DNA from: a virus
DNA: 64,000 nucleotides
IMG/VR virus record: IMGVR_UViG_3300025018_000101
Coordinates: 1 to 64,000 of that record
Reading direction: 5' to 3' (one strand)
Positions 17,520 to 26,590 of this stretch are shown here, one piece after another. Both the position numbers and the translations under genes were made by a program. Under the pieces are notes generated by a model, which saw only the letters and a program-made list of their open reading frames with translations, did not search any database and was not told the origin of the DNA. How positions within the stretch are numbered: the stretch's first letter is position 1; every line of letters starts with the position of its first letter.

Positions 17520-20048
17520 ATGCCGTCGTACGCCGGCGCCGCCGAGCCCTCCGAGTACCTGGTCTACCTGTGCGGCATACAGGTCCCGTGCCTGAGCGTG
17601 GACGTCACGGTAGGCATCTGGGACCCGCCCCGCTGCCAGTTGCAGTTTGCCCCGGACCCCGTGTTCCGGCGCATCGGGCAGGATGACATCATGCCGGTGC
17701 AGGTCTTCTACCTGGACGTCATCGGCCGGAGCGCCGTCGGTCAGGCGCCCGAGTGGTGCCTCCTATTCGACGGCATCATCTCGGGACAGGCCTACAGTAG
17801 CGCCAGCGGCTCGCGGACCACCAGCCTGTCGGCCGTCGACCTGACGACGACCATGATGATGATGCGCATGTTCTGGCTGACGAACATCAGCAACCTTACC
17901 TACGCCACGACCGAGAACGCCGGCAACGCCGCCTACTCCGTGGCCCCTGAGTACGCCTTCCCGGCGTCCCTGTTCTACCTCGGCCTGAACCCGACCGAGA
18001 AGCTGCCGATCACTCGGCCCTTCGACTTCGTCGAGAACATGTTCCGGGCGATGTGCTCGGTCGAGGAGGCGGGCGTCTTCCTGTCCGACGCGGTCATCGC
18101 GGAGGCGAACGCGGACGGCGATACGCCGCTGTCCTACAAGAGCGTGGTGGCCCTGCATTGGTGGGCGCGCTGGGCCAAACGCACGGCGTTCCTCGAGCGT
18201 TGGGTGCCGATGCCCGGCGTCGAGGACTTCGCCGCGCCACAGGACCGGCCCCCGTTCCCCATTCTGGACGCCCTGCAGAAGGACGAAGCGGTCAAGGCCA
18301 TCAAGGGCCTCAGCAACTCCATGGGTGATGGCGCGTCGATGTGGGACCTGCTGCGCATGATCTTCCAGCGACTCTCCTACGACGTCGCCATGATCCCCTC
18401 TCCAGCGGCCGTGCAGGTAGCCCGGGGGGTCCGGAACATCATCGGCCCTCCCGTCGGCGGCGTTCCCAACGCACTGGTGCAGTACGTCACCAAGCCGAAG
18501 ATGCCTTTCTGCCTGGCCCCGGCGTGCAACGTCGTCTTTCCCGGGATGGTGACCTCGCTGTCCTACTCCGAGGACTTCCTGCAGCAACCAACCCGCCTGA
18601 TGCTGTCCGACGGGACGCTCTTCAACGTCATCGGAGCGACCGAGTCCGAGTCCCTGGCGGCCGTCTACAACGCAGCGCTGGCCACAGCGTGGCCGCCGCG
18701 GGCCCAGGAGATTCTCGACCGCCACCTCGGCCGTGGAGACAACGCCGCCCCCGACCCGCTGACCAACCCTCACAACCTCCTCGTCTTCCCCTCGGAGTTC
18801 TTCCGAGGGCCCGTGCCGGTCGAAGCTGCCATCCCGAGCTGGTTCATGTACATGGCCAACTCCGCCCAGATCGACCTGGCGCCCGAGGTGCAGACTACCG
18901 TCGACGACTACAAGCGAGACATCCAGGCCGAGCTCACGCGGCGGGCTGGCTCGGCGAAGGCGGAGGACAAGAAGGCCCTCGACGAGATCAAGAAGGTCGT
19001 GGACGGCCTGCCCACGTCGGTCGAGGAGGCCGGCGGCACGGTGACCGGCAAGGACATCCTTGAGGCGTGGTCTGGCGTGTCGGACAAGCTGGCGCTGCCC
19101 ACCGGCCCCCTGGCTGGGCATCAGGCGTCCTACGAGTTCGGCGCCATCATCCGTGGCCGAGCGGCCTCCCTGTTCGGCGACGGCACCACCCGCCAGCTCT
19201 ACGCCGCGCAGATGTTCGCGCAGGAGCGCTACAAGCATCGGTCTGGAGGGGCCTCGTGCCTGTTCCACCCCTACCTCGTCCCCGGCTTCCCCGTGGCGGT
19301 GTTCGACCGGCAAGAAGCGGCCCACCACGTCGAGGGCCTCCTCATGAACGTCTCGCACCACCTCTCGGCAGACTCGTGCGGCACGACGCTCAACTTCTCC
19401 TACGGTCGCACCACGGCCGAGCTCTTCCACGCCGCCCGCACGTCGGGGTACCCGCTGTCGACGGGTCCGGCCGAGTACATCCCAAAGATCCGCGACACCT
19501 TCCAGCAGGTCATCCCCGCCGAGGAGCAGTACCGGAAGCTGTTCTACCAGAACCGGAGCGTCGAAGGTCGCCGCGAAGCCTTCGACGCCTTCAACACGCT
19601 CTACTGCCGAGGCCGCTCCGACAGCACGGAGATCCCGTGGCAGCCGGCTACCGTCCCTTCCCTGGCGGACCTGGACAACGAGGACGTCGACTTTGCCTTC
19701 GCGCCCGAGTTCGCGAAGCGGGTCGAGGACCCCGCCGAGGCGCGCCGCATGGCGTCCCGCCCCGTGGTCACGCTGCCGGAGTGGATGGCCCTGATGGGCT
19801 CGTACAGCCCTGCGAAGGAGGAGCGCGCGAAGTACTACGTCCCGCCGGGTAGCCGTCGGGACCACAACACGGTACGGTACTGGTGGAAGATCCTGACGCT
19901 GGTGCCAGGCCCCGGCACCGAGCCCGTGCACACCGAGCAAGGCAACGTGACGCAGGCGGTCCAGGCCGATACGCGCAGGGATTGGCAACGCCGCCTGATT
20001 GAGTACCGCACTCGCTTCTACAGTCGCACGACGGGGAGGCTCGCATGA
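17520..20048 (+). CDS. baseplate hub protein (GpD/gp27/VgrG-like) with insertions
   Basis: N-terminal LVYLCGIQVP..VDVTVG, LLFDGII, TSLSAVD; C-terminal PYLVPGFPV...LMNVSHHLS...TTLNF. Confidence 0.6.
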   Translation: MPSYAGAAEPSEYLVYLCGIQVPCLSVDVTVGIWDPPRCQLQFAPDPVFRRIGQDDIMPVQVFYLDVIGRSAVGQAPEWCLLFDGIISGQAYSSASGSRTTSLSAVDLTTTMMMMRMFWLTNISNLTYATTENAGNAAYSVAPEYAFPASLFYLGLNPTEKLPITRPFDFVENMFRAMCSVEEAGVFLSDAVIAEANADGDTPLSYKSVVALHWWARWAKRTAFLERWVPMPGVEDFAAPQDRPPFPILDALQKDEAVKAIKGLSNSMGDGASMWDLLRMIFQRLSYDVAMIPSPAAVQVARGVRNIIGPPVGGVPNALVQYVTKPKMPFCLAPACNVVFPGMVTSLSYSEDFLQQPTRLMLSDGTLFNVIGATESESLAAVYNAALATAWPPRAQEILDRHLGRGDNAAPDPLTNPHNLLVFPSEFFRGPVPVEAAIPSWFMYMANSAQIDLAPEVQTTVDDYKRDIQAELTRRAGSAKAEDKKALDEIKKVVDGLPTSVEEAGGTVTGKDILEAWSGVSDKLALPTGPLAGHQASYEFGAIIRGRAASLFGDGTTRQLYAAQMFAQERYKHRSGGASCLFHPYLVPGFPVAVFDRQEAAHHVEGLLMNVSHHLSADSCGTTLNFSYGRTTAELFHAARTSGYPLSTGPAEYIPKIRDTFQQVIPAEEQYRKLFYQNRSVEGRREAFDAFNTLYCRGRSDSTEIPWQPATVPSLADLDNEDVDFAFAPEFAKRVEDPAEARRMASRPVVTLPEWMALMGSYSPAKEERAKYYVPPGSRRDHNTVRYWWKILTLVPGPGTEPVHTEQGNVTQAVQADTRRDWQRRLIEYRTRFYSRTTGRLA

Positions 20049-22549
20049 TCGAAGACCTGGTCGCCCCGATTCTGCCGGTGCTCGACAAGCTCGACGCCCC
20101 CGAGGGCCCTCAGTACGAGGTCGAGGGCATCTCCCTGGCCAACCGCCGCGAACTGACCAAGAGCCTGCTCCGCAAGGCCATCGACGCTACCGGGCTGAAG
20201 CAGCCTGCGCAGCCGAAGCAGGCTGTCTTTGCGCCGAAGAACTTCAGCCTGAGTATGCCCCCGGCGAAGCCTCCGACCGGCCCTGGCCCGCTCAAGCCCC
20301 CGCCCATCCCCAAGCCTGGCGTCATGTCCCCCTCGCCCATCGCGCCGTCAGTCACCCCCGGCGCGACGGCGACCACGGTCGGCGTCCCGGCGGGGAGCAC
20401 TACTTCCAGTGGCACGACGAAGATGAGCGCCCCGGGCATCAAGCCGCCCACACCGGTCAAGCCTCCGCCGCCCATCAAGCCGCCCGCGCCCCCGTCACTG
20501 GCGCCCATCCGACCTCCGAAGCCGAAGAAGGCCCCAGCCACGGAGGTCGCTGGCGCCGTGCAGGGCCCGACGTTGACGAAGGGCCCGCAGCTCCGACATC
20601 CCGGCCAGCAGGGCGGCAGGGACCCGGTCGGGGCGATCAACAAGTTCCTCAAGAGCGGGGCGCTGGACGACTTCCGCCCCCGCGTCGAGGTCTTCCTCTT
20701 CAACGACAAGGGGCAGGTTCTGGCGGGTAGCACACCCGGGCGGGACGGGTTCAAGTTCCCCGGTGGCGGGATCGACGGCGACCCGGTCGACCATGCCGCC
20801 CGCAAGGAACTGCGGGAGGAAGCGGGCTACAAGGTGAAGCATCTCCAGTCTGTAGGCCTGCGCCCCGACAAGCGGGAGTGGTCACAAGCCACGCGCGACG
20901 GCGTCCTGAAGGCCACGGGCGGCAAGCGCGACTTCGGCGGCGACGTCACCCACTGGCGTATGGGCGTGCACTCGGGCCGCGACACCAGCGTGCTCGGGTC
21001 GGAGGGTGACGCGCTTGCCCGGGCGCAGTTCCGGGACGTGCCAAAGGTTCTGGAGTCGCTGAGGGAGCAGACGAAGGACCCGGACGCGTTCATCGCGGGG
21101 CGGTCCCAGGTGCGTCACGACGCCCTCGCGGCAGCCCACCAGCGGTACCAGAACAAGTTTGCCATGGGCCCTGGAGCGGCCGCGCTCCTCGCCGCAGGCG
21201 GCGGGGCAGCAGTGGGGGCGGGCGCACTCGGCGCGGGCTATCTCGCAGCCCAGCGTCTCCCCGCGTTCCTGCCTGGGGTCGAGGACAAGGCCGTCGAGTT
21301 CGCCGCCCTCAAGGACGAGATGGACCCGCTTGAGCGCCTCACCGGGTACAGTTCGCGTGGGGCGGAGCTGATGGGCGCACCCCTGATGCGCCGCCATGAC
21401 GGGTCCATGGTCAGCGGCCGCAACTTCGTCCGTGCCGTGCGGAGCAGCGCCCCCGCAGCGGCGGTCGGGCGGGCGAAGGGCGTCCACGCCTGGGATGAGT
21501 CCAAAGCGGAGCACTACAACCAGTTCCGTCGCGGGCCCGCCAATGCCCTGCTCGTCCTGGCCAAGGAGGAGTTCGGCAAGGGGGAGAACTACGACTACCT
21601 CGCCCAGGCGCTGCAGGGCACTCGCAACGGCGACGTGCAGGCGCAGGCCGCCGCCGTGGAGGCGCTACGTCACTCAGAGGACCCGGAGGTGAAGCGCATC
21701 GCTGCGGAGCTCATGCCGCGCCTCGAGCGCAACCTGACGTCGTGGGGTACAGGCATCCAGGTCGGCCGCACGTACGAGAAGGCCAGGAAGTTTGTCCAGG
21801 GCGAGAAGGAGGCGGCCCCTCGGGGCATGGACCTGACGCACTCCTACCAGACCGCCAAGGACCGGGACAAGGCCTTGTGGGACGCCTACAAGGCCGACCC
21901 GTCGCCCATGAACCTCAAGGCGGTCATGGACAGCCTGTCGCCAGCTATCGAGAGCGAGATCGCGCGCTGGAGCGGACAAGTGCCCGTGACGGTCATGCGT
22001 CTCGAGGCCCGCAAGCTGGCCGTGGAGGCCATCAAGAGCTACGACCCGAACATGGGGACGGCGCTGTCGACGCACGTCCTGAACAAGCTCAAGCGCTTGA
22101 GCCGCACGGTCTACTCGCATCAGGATCTCGTCCGGATGCCGGAGAACCGCAAGCTCGAGAACAACGCCCTGCACAAGGGCCGCGTGCAGCTCCTCGACGA
22201 GCTCGGCCGCGACCCGACCACTGCGGAGCTCAGCGACCACCTCGGCTGGTCCGGCGCGAAGGTCACGAAGGTCCAGGCGTTCCAGGTCTCCGAGTACGTC
22301 GAGAGCCAGGACGTCGGCGGCGATATGTTCGGCAACGTCGCCGGCGGCGCCACCAGTGACCCGCGCGTCGCCTTCGTGTACAACGACCTGAGCCCCGTGC
22401 ATCAGACCATCTTCGAGCACACGACCGGCTACGGCGGCAAGTCCATCCTGACGGCACGCGACATCGCAGCCAAGACCGGCCTCAAAGAGCACCAGGTGGC
22501 TTACCAGCGCCGAAAGATCACGGACAAGTTCCAGGATGTACTGAGGTAG
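20045..22549 (+). CDS. polyprotein: Pro/Lys-rich linker, Nudix hydrolase, glycine zipper, sigma-70-like factor
   Basis: Nudix box FPGGGIDGDPVDHAARKELREEAGY; sigma region 2 AIKSYDPNMGTALSTHV, region 3 LGRDPTTAELSDHLG, region 4 HTH TARDIAAKTGL. Confidence 0.8.
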   Translation: MIEDLVAPILPVLDKLDAPEGPQYEVEGISLANRRELTKSLLRKAIDATGLKQPAQPKQAVFAPKNFSLSMPPAKPPTGPGPLKPPPIPKPGVMSPSPIAPSVTPGATATTVGVPAGSTTSSGTTKMSAPGIKPPTPVKPPPPIKPPAPPSLAPIRPPKPKKAPATEVAGAVQGPTLTKGPQLRHPGQQGGRDPVGAINKFLKSGALDDFRPRVEVFLFNDKGQVLAGSTPGRDGFKFPGGGIDGDPVDHAARKELREEAGYKVKHLQSVGLRPDKREWSQATRDGVLKATGGKRDFGGDVTHWRMGVHSGRDTSVLGSEGDALARAQFRDVPKVLESLREQTKDPDAFIAGRSQVRHDALAAAHQRYQNKFAMGPGAAALLAAGGGAAVGAGALGAGYLAAQRLPAFLPGVEDKAVEFAALKDEMDPLERLTGYSSRGAELMGAPLMRRHDGSMVSGRNFVRAVRSSAPAAAVGRAKGVHAWDESKAEHYNQFRRGPANALLVLAKEEFGKGENYDYLAQALQGTRNGDVQAQAAAVEALRHSEDPEVKRIAAELMPRLERNLTSWGTGIQVGRTYEKARKFVQGEKEAAPRGMDLTHSYQTAKDRDKALWDAYKADPSPMNLKAVMDSLSPAIESEIARWSGQVPVTVMRLEARKLAVEAIKSYDPNMGTALSTHVLNKLKRLSRTVYSHQDLVRMPENRKLENNALHKGRVQLLDELGRDPTTAELSDHLGWSGAKVTKVQAFQVSEYVESQDVGGDMFGNVAGGATSDPRVAFVYNDLSPVHQTIFEHTTGYGGKSILTARDIAAKTGLKEHQVAYQRRKITDKFQDVLR

Positions 22550-22575
22550 CTCAGTAGTCCCGACGGGAGTAACCT

Positions 22576-23655
22576 GTGGACATCTGGATGCTCAACGCCG
22601 GCGCCCCCGACCGGCCGGCCGCCATGGCCGCCACCCTGCTCAAGCTGGGCGTCACCGACTTCGCCTTCATGGTGAACAGGGCGCTCCCGCGAGGGACGTC
22701 CGTCGCGCTCCGCAGGAACCCTGGCTCCGCGGCGGCGAAGTTCAAATTCGACCAGACCTCCCAGGAGCGCAGCGACGCGTGTATCGAGGGCATGAAGGCC
22801 GCAGGCATCCGGACTCACCTCATCGTCTGGATGTCGGGCATCCCCGCCTTCATCAAGTCGCTGGTCGCGGACTTCTTGCCCTACGCGGCCGCTTCTGGGG
22901 CTACGTCGATCATCTGCGACGCCGAGGTGGACTGGCAGCGCGCGTCCGGCGTTGACGCGCTCGTCGAGGACCTCCTCATCCCAGGCCTGGAGCCTTTCCC
23001 AAAGCCCGTGCACTGGGACTCCTACCCTACCCCCCACAAGACCGACCTGCGCATCGCAGCCTACTGCATCAAGGAGCGCGGGGCGCTGAACGGGTTCGCG
23101 TTGCCGCAGTGCTACACGCACCTGCGCCAGGAGAATGGCACGGTCACGGAGCCCACGCGCCGCTACGCCACGCCGGACAAGTACCCTGCCAGAGGCATTC
23201 GGCAGTGGCGCCGCATCGTCGGCGACCGCGTGATCCCTATTGTAAGCGTCTTTGGTGACCCGTACCCGGGCTGGACCGCGTCGAACGCTCTGGCGGCCGG
23301 GCTGAATCAGGCGGCGAAGGCGGCCACACCCGCCGTGGGGATCTGGAGCGCCAGGGCGATCCTGAACATGGGCACGGGCCAACTACTGAACGACACGGAC
23401 ACCCGGGACGTGGCCAAGGTGCTCGGCCGCTTTCAGGCCAGCGGCGGGTACGTCGACTACAAGCACGTGGTCTACCGAGCCAGAGAGCGCGGGGACCTGT
23501 CGCGCAACCGCCAGCAGGAGGCGGAGGACGAGGCGAAGGACGCCGAGCGCAGAGCGCGCCTCCTGGCCCTCGGCGGCGCACGGTCCGACCACAACTTCGA
23601 GTCCTCGGTAGTTCCGGGGCTCCGGTACGACTTCGCGGCGGGGAGGTGGGTCTGA
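22576..23655 (+). CDS. putative glycoside-hydrolase-like (virion lysin-like) protein
   Basis: IICDAEVDW and ALPQCY motifs parallel those of 14992..16080; located in the baseplate module. Confidence 0.5.
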   Translation: MDIWMLNAGAPDRPAAMAATLLKLGVTDFAFMVNRALPRGTSVALRRNPGSAAAKFKFDQTSQERSDACIEGMKAAGIRTHLIVWMSGIPAFIKSLVADFLPYAAASGATSIICDAEVDWQRASGVDALVEDLLIPGLEPFPKPVHWDSYPTPHKTDLRIAAYCIKERGALNGFALPQCYTHLRQENGTVTEPTRRYATPDKYPARGIRQWRRIVGDRVIPIVSVFGDPYPGWTASNALAAGLNQAAKAATPAVGIWSARAILNMGTGQLLNDTDTRDVAKVLGRFQASGGYVDYKHVVYRARERGDLSRNRQQEAEDEAKDAERRARLLALGGARSDHNFESSVVPGLRYDFAAGRWV

Positions 23656-24068
23656 TGGCTGCTGACCTTTACATCGATTTCCTCGGCGAGGCGCCATGGT
23701 CCACGGGAGACGAGCCTCTTGAGGTCGAAGGCAGGGTGAAGCTGGCGGTGCAGTTCCTCCAGTTGCTGTTCACGGCGGAGGGCTCGGACCCGACGGACCT
23801 GGACAGGGGGACGGGACTGGCGTCGCTGGTGGGCGGCAACGTAGGCGACCTGACGGACGCGTCGGATGTACTGGCGCTGGCGATGGATCAGGCGGTAGAA
23901 TGGCTGCGCGGAGTTCAGACGGGCCAGGGGCTCCCTGATGACGAGCGCCTTCGGAACGCCTGGGCGACCCGTATCGAGCCCAACGCGAACGGCGACGGCA
24001 TCTCGGCGACGATCGTGATCGAGAACGAGCTCGGGGACCTCGTCCCTGTGCGCATCCCGCTCAGGTAG
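23655..24068 (+). CDS. baseplate wedge gp25/GPW-like protein
   Basis: LLFTAEGSDPTDLDRGTGL...DERL pattern, size, and position directly before baseplate J. Confidence 0.7.
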   Translation: MAADLYIDFLGEAPWSTGDEPLEVEGRVKLAVQFLQLLFTAEGSDPTDLDRGTGLASLVGGNVGDLTDASDVLALAMDQAVEWLRGVQTGQGLPDDERLRNAWATRIEPNANGDGISATIVIENELGDLVPVRIPLR

Positions 24069-24070
24069 CC

Positions 24071-26590
24071 ATGGCACAGGTCACGCTGACCCAGAAGGAC
24101 ATCGATGACGCCCGCCAGTTCATGGTGGACTTCCTCGGCTCCACGGGCGACTTCGACCCGAACCTGTTCGCCCCTGGGACGGTACACCACGACCGCACCA
24201 TCCGAGCGCTGGCGTTCATCTTCGCCTACATCCAGAGCGAGGTCGAGCGCGTCGAGGTCCTCACCGATTTGTCACGCATCCTCGAGATCGAGGACGAGAC
24301 GGCGCGCAACCAGGCGGTCGACGCCTTCGCCACGAACCTCTTCTCCTCCAGGGCTGCGGGCCGAAAGAGTCGAGGCACCGCGTTGCTCCACTTCTCGGCC
24401 CCTACCACGGGCGTGATCCCGTCGACGACGCGCGTCACGGGCAGGAACGGCAAGACCTACGTCATCGACGACAGCGACGGCATCTTCTTCACCGAGGCCG
24501 ACCTGACGCGCTACGTCGAGGGCAGCGCAGCCGCCTCCACGACCACCTGGGTCCTGCCTGTCCCGATCGTCGCCTCGGACGTGGGCCCCGCCTGGGACCT
24601 CGACCCGGGGCGCTTGTCCTCAGTGAGCGGCAACCTGCCCCTGCTCTCCTACGCCGAGGCCTCCGACGCCATCCGCGGCGGCGTGGACGCTGAGGACGCC
24701 GCGGCCTTCGTCGAGCGCATCCCCGACCTGCTGACCGTCCGGATGCTGGTCACGCCGCGCTCCATCGTCACCGTGCTCACGGAGACCTTCGGCGAGCTCG
24801 GTCGCGTTCGGGCCATCGGAGCCGGCGACGTGGAGATGGTGCGTGACCTGACCCCGTCGTGGCTCGGCGCCACGGGTGTGCACGTCGGCGGCAAGGCGGA
24901 CATCTACGCCCACACGAGTCGAATCGTCCGCCGGTTCCGGGCGTTGTGCGGCGACCCCTACACGGACACCTCTCCGGGCCTTCGGCTCTTCACCGACTGG
25001 GACCTCGTGGATCGGGGTGTCGACCTGCGCGCGCTGGTCGCGCCCGGGGCCGTCCTGCGCTTCTACGACGCGTTCGCCGACGAGTCCCATCTCTACCTCG
25101 TCAGGCACGTCGACGCCGACCACATCCGGATCTCCGAGGCGGCGCCGTTCACGCGCCTGCGCCCCCTGCCGGTCCACACCGACCCGGTCCTGGCGGACGT
25201 GCGCACAGGCAGCGTCAGGTACACGTCCGTGGCCTTCGACGGTGTTGACACGCTCGTCCTGCCGACGGGCGCCTCGCGCTTTGTCGAGGCTGACGCGCCC
25301 AACCACTACGTCTACGTCGTGGACGGGAGCACGTCGGCGATGTACCGGGTCCTGGCGGTCGGCTCTACCGGCCTGGACGGCTACGGCACCCGGGTGACGG
25401 TAGACATTGACGCAGCGGCGGCCGCACTCCTGTCGACTTCAGGCTTGCTGGTCGAGGCGTTCAGCGACCGGCTTCGGTACTCGGCCGGCACCAATGGGCC
25501 GTCGTACGACGACATGATCCCGGTGCGGCCCTTCGGACGGGTCACGCGCGTCGGTGGCACTCGCGGCGCGGTGGCGCTGCCCGCGACGCCAATCTGGCGC
25601 ATCCGCGAGGTCGCGCTCGACGACCCCGACAGTCCGCTGCTCGACCCCTTCACGGGCAAGGTGCTCCTGACCGAGCGCCTGAACGCCCTGCCGGCCGGGG
25701 CGTCTGAGGCGTACGTCGCCGAGACCATGGACCCGGTCTGGGCTCAGAGCCGCTACACGCACACCCTGCTGAAGGTGGGATACGACGACTCCAGGGGGGG
25801 TAGCGCGGCGACGCTCTCCGTCGACGGCCTGGACCCTGACGTGGCGTACCTCGGCGACGGTACGGTGGACTTCGTGGACGCCGATATCGGCAAGACGCTG
25901 CTGGTCGTGGGGCCCGAGAACCTCGGCAACGCGGTGCGGTTCATCATCGAGGAGGTCACGACGAGCCACGCCGTCACGTTGCGGCGCGACTCGGCGGCGA
26001 TCGACGCCCTCCCGTTGGTGTTCGAGCGCAACGTCGTCTGGCGCTTTGACGCCACGGCCGAGGTGCACGGCAAGGCGCTGCAGGTCGTCTACGAGACGAC
26101 GAACAACTACGCCGCGCTCCAGGACATGTTTGAGGACGACGACAACCGCGTCCTGTGCGCCAACATGCTCGTCCGGGGCTTCTTCCCTGTCTACGTCGAG
26201 CTCGACATCCGGTACCAGCTCAAGCCCGGGGCGGTCCCGCTGGACACCACGGCTGCGATCCGGACCCTCGTCGACTTCGTCAACACGTTCCCGACGACCG
26301 ACGTGCTGAACGTCGACGACGTGACGACGGCGCTTCGCGCGGCCTTCCCTGCTACGGTGGGCAACGTGCTGCGGTCGGGGCCCGCGCTGACTGCGCGCTA
26401 CACGCTGGCGTCGCCCACGGGGGAGCTTGTGCGGTTCGTCTCTACGGACGTCATCTCGGTGCGCAGCGACCTCGTCGCATCGGATGAGGACCTCGTTCTG
26501 TTCAACACCGCCCGCTCCTTCGGCGTCAGTGACCGGACGGTGTACGTCCTGACTGCGCCGGACCTGCTGACGCTGACGAGGGTCCCATGA
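24071..26590 (+). CDS. baseplate J-like protein
   Basis: SRAAGRKSRGTALLHF, VPIVASDVG..WDL, IRGGVDAEDAAAFVERI and GGKADIY motifs. Confidence 0.8.
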   Translation: MAQVTLTQKDIDDARQFMVDFLGSTGDFDPNLFAPGTVHHDRTIRALAFIFAYIQSEVERVEVLTDLSRILEIEDETARNQAVDAFATNLFSSRAAGRKSRGTALLHFSAPTTGVIPSTTRVTGRNGKTYVIDDSDGIFFTEADLTRYVEGSAAASTTTWVLPVPIVASDVGPAWDLDPGRLSSVSGNLPLLSYAEASDAIRGGVDAEDAAAFVERIPDLLTVRMLVTPRSIVTVLTETFGELGRVRAIGAGDVEMVRDLTPSWLGATGVHVGGKADIYAHTSRIVRRFRALCGDPYTDTSPGLRLFTDWDLVDRGVDLRALVAPGAVLRFYDAFADESHLYLVRHVDADHIRISEAAPFTRLRPLPVHTDPVLADVRTGSVRYTSVAFDGVDTLVLPTGASRFVEADAPNHYVYVVDGSTSAMYRVLAVGSTGLDGYGTRVTVDIDAAAAALLSTSGLLVEAFSDRLRYSAGTNGPSYDDMIPVRPFGRVTRVGGTRGAVALPATPIWRIREVALDDPDSPLLDPFTGKVLLTERLNALPAGASEAYVAETMDPVWAQSRYTHTLLKVGYDDSRGGSAATLSVDGLDPDVAYLGDGTVDFVDADIGKTLLVVGPENLGNAVRFIIEEVTTSHAVTLRRDSAAIDALPLVFERNVVWRFDATAEVHGKALQVVYETTNNYAALQDMFEDDDNRVLCANMLVRGFFPVYVELDIRYQLKPGAVPLDTTAAIRTLVDFVNTFPTTDVLNVDDVTTALRAAFPATVGNVLRSGPALTARYTLASPTGELVRFVSTDVISVRSDLVASDEDLVLFNTARSFGVSDRTVYVLTAPDLLTLTRVP

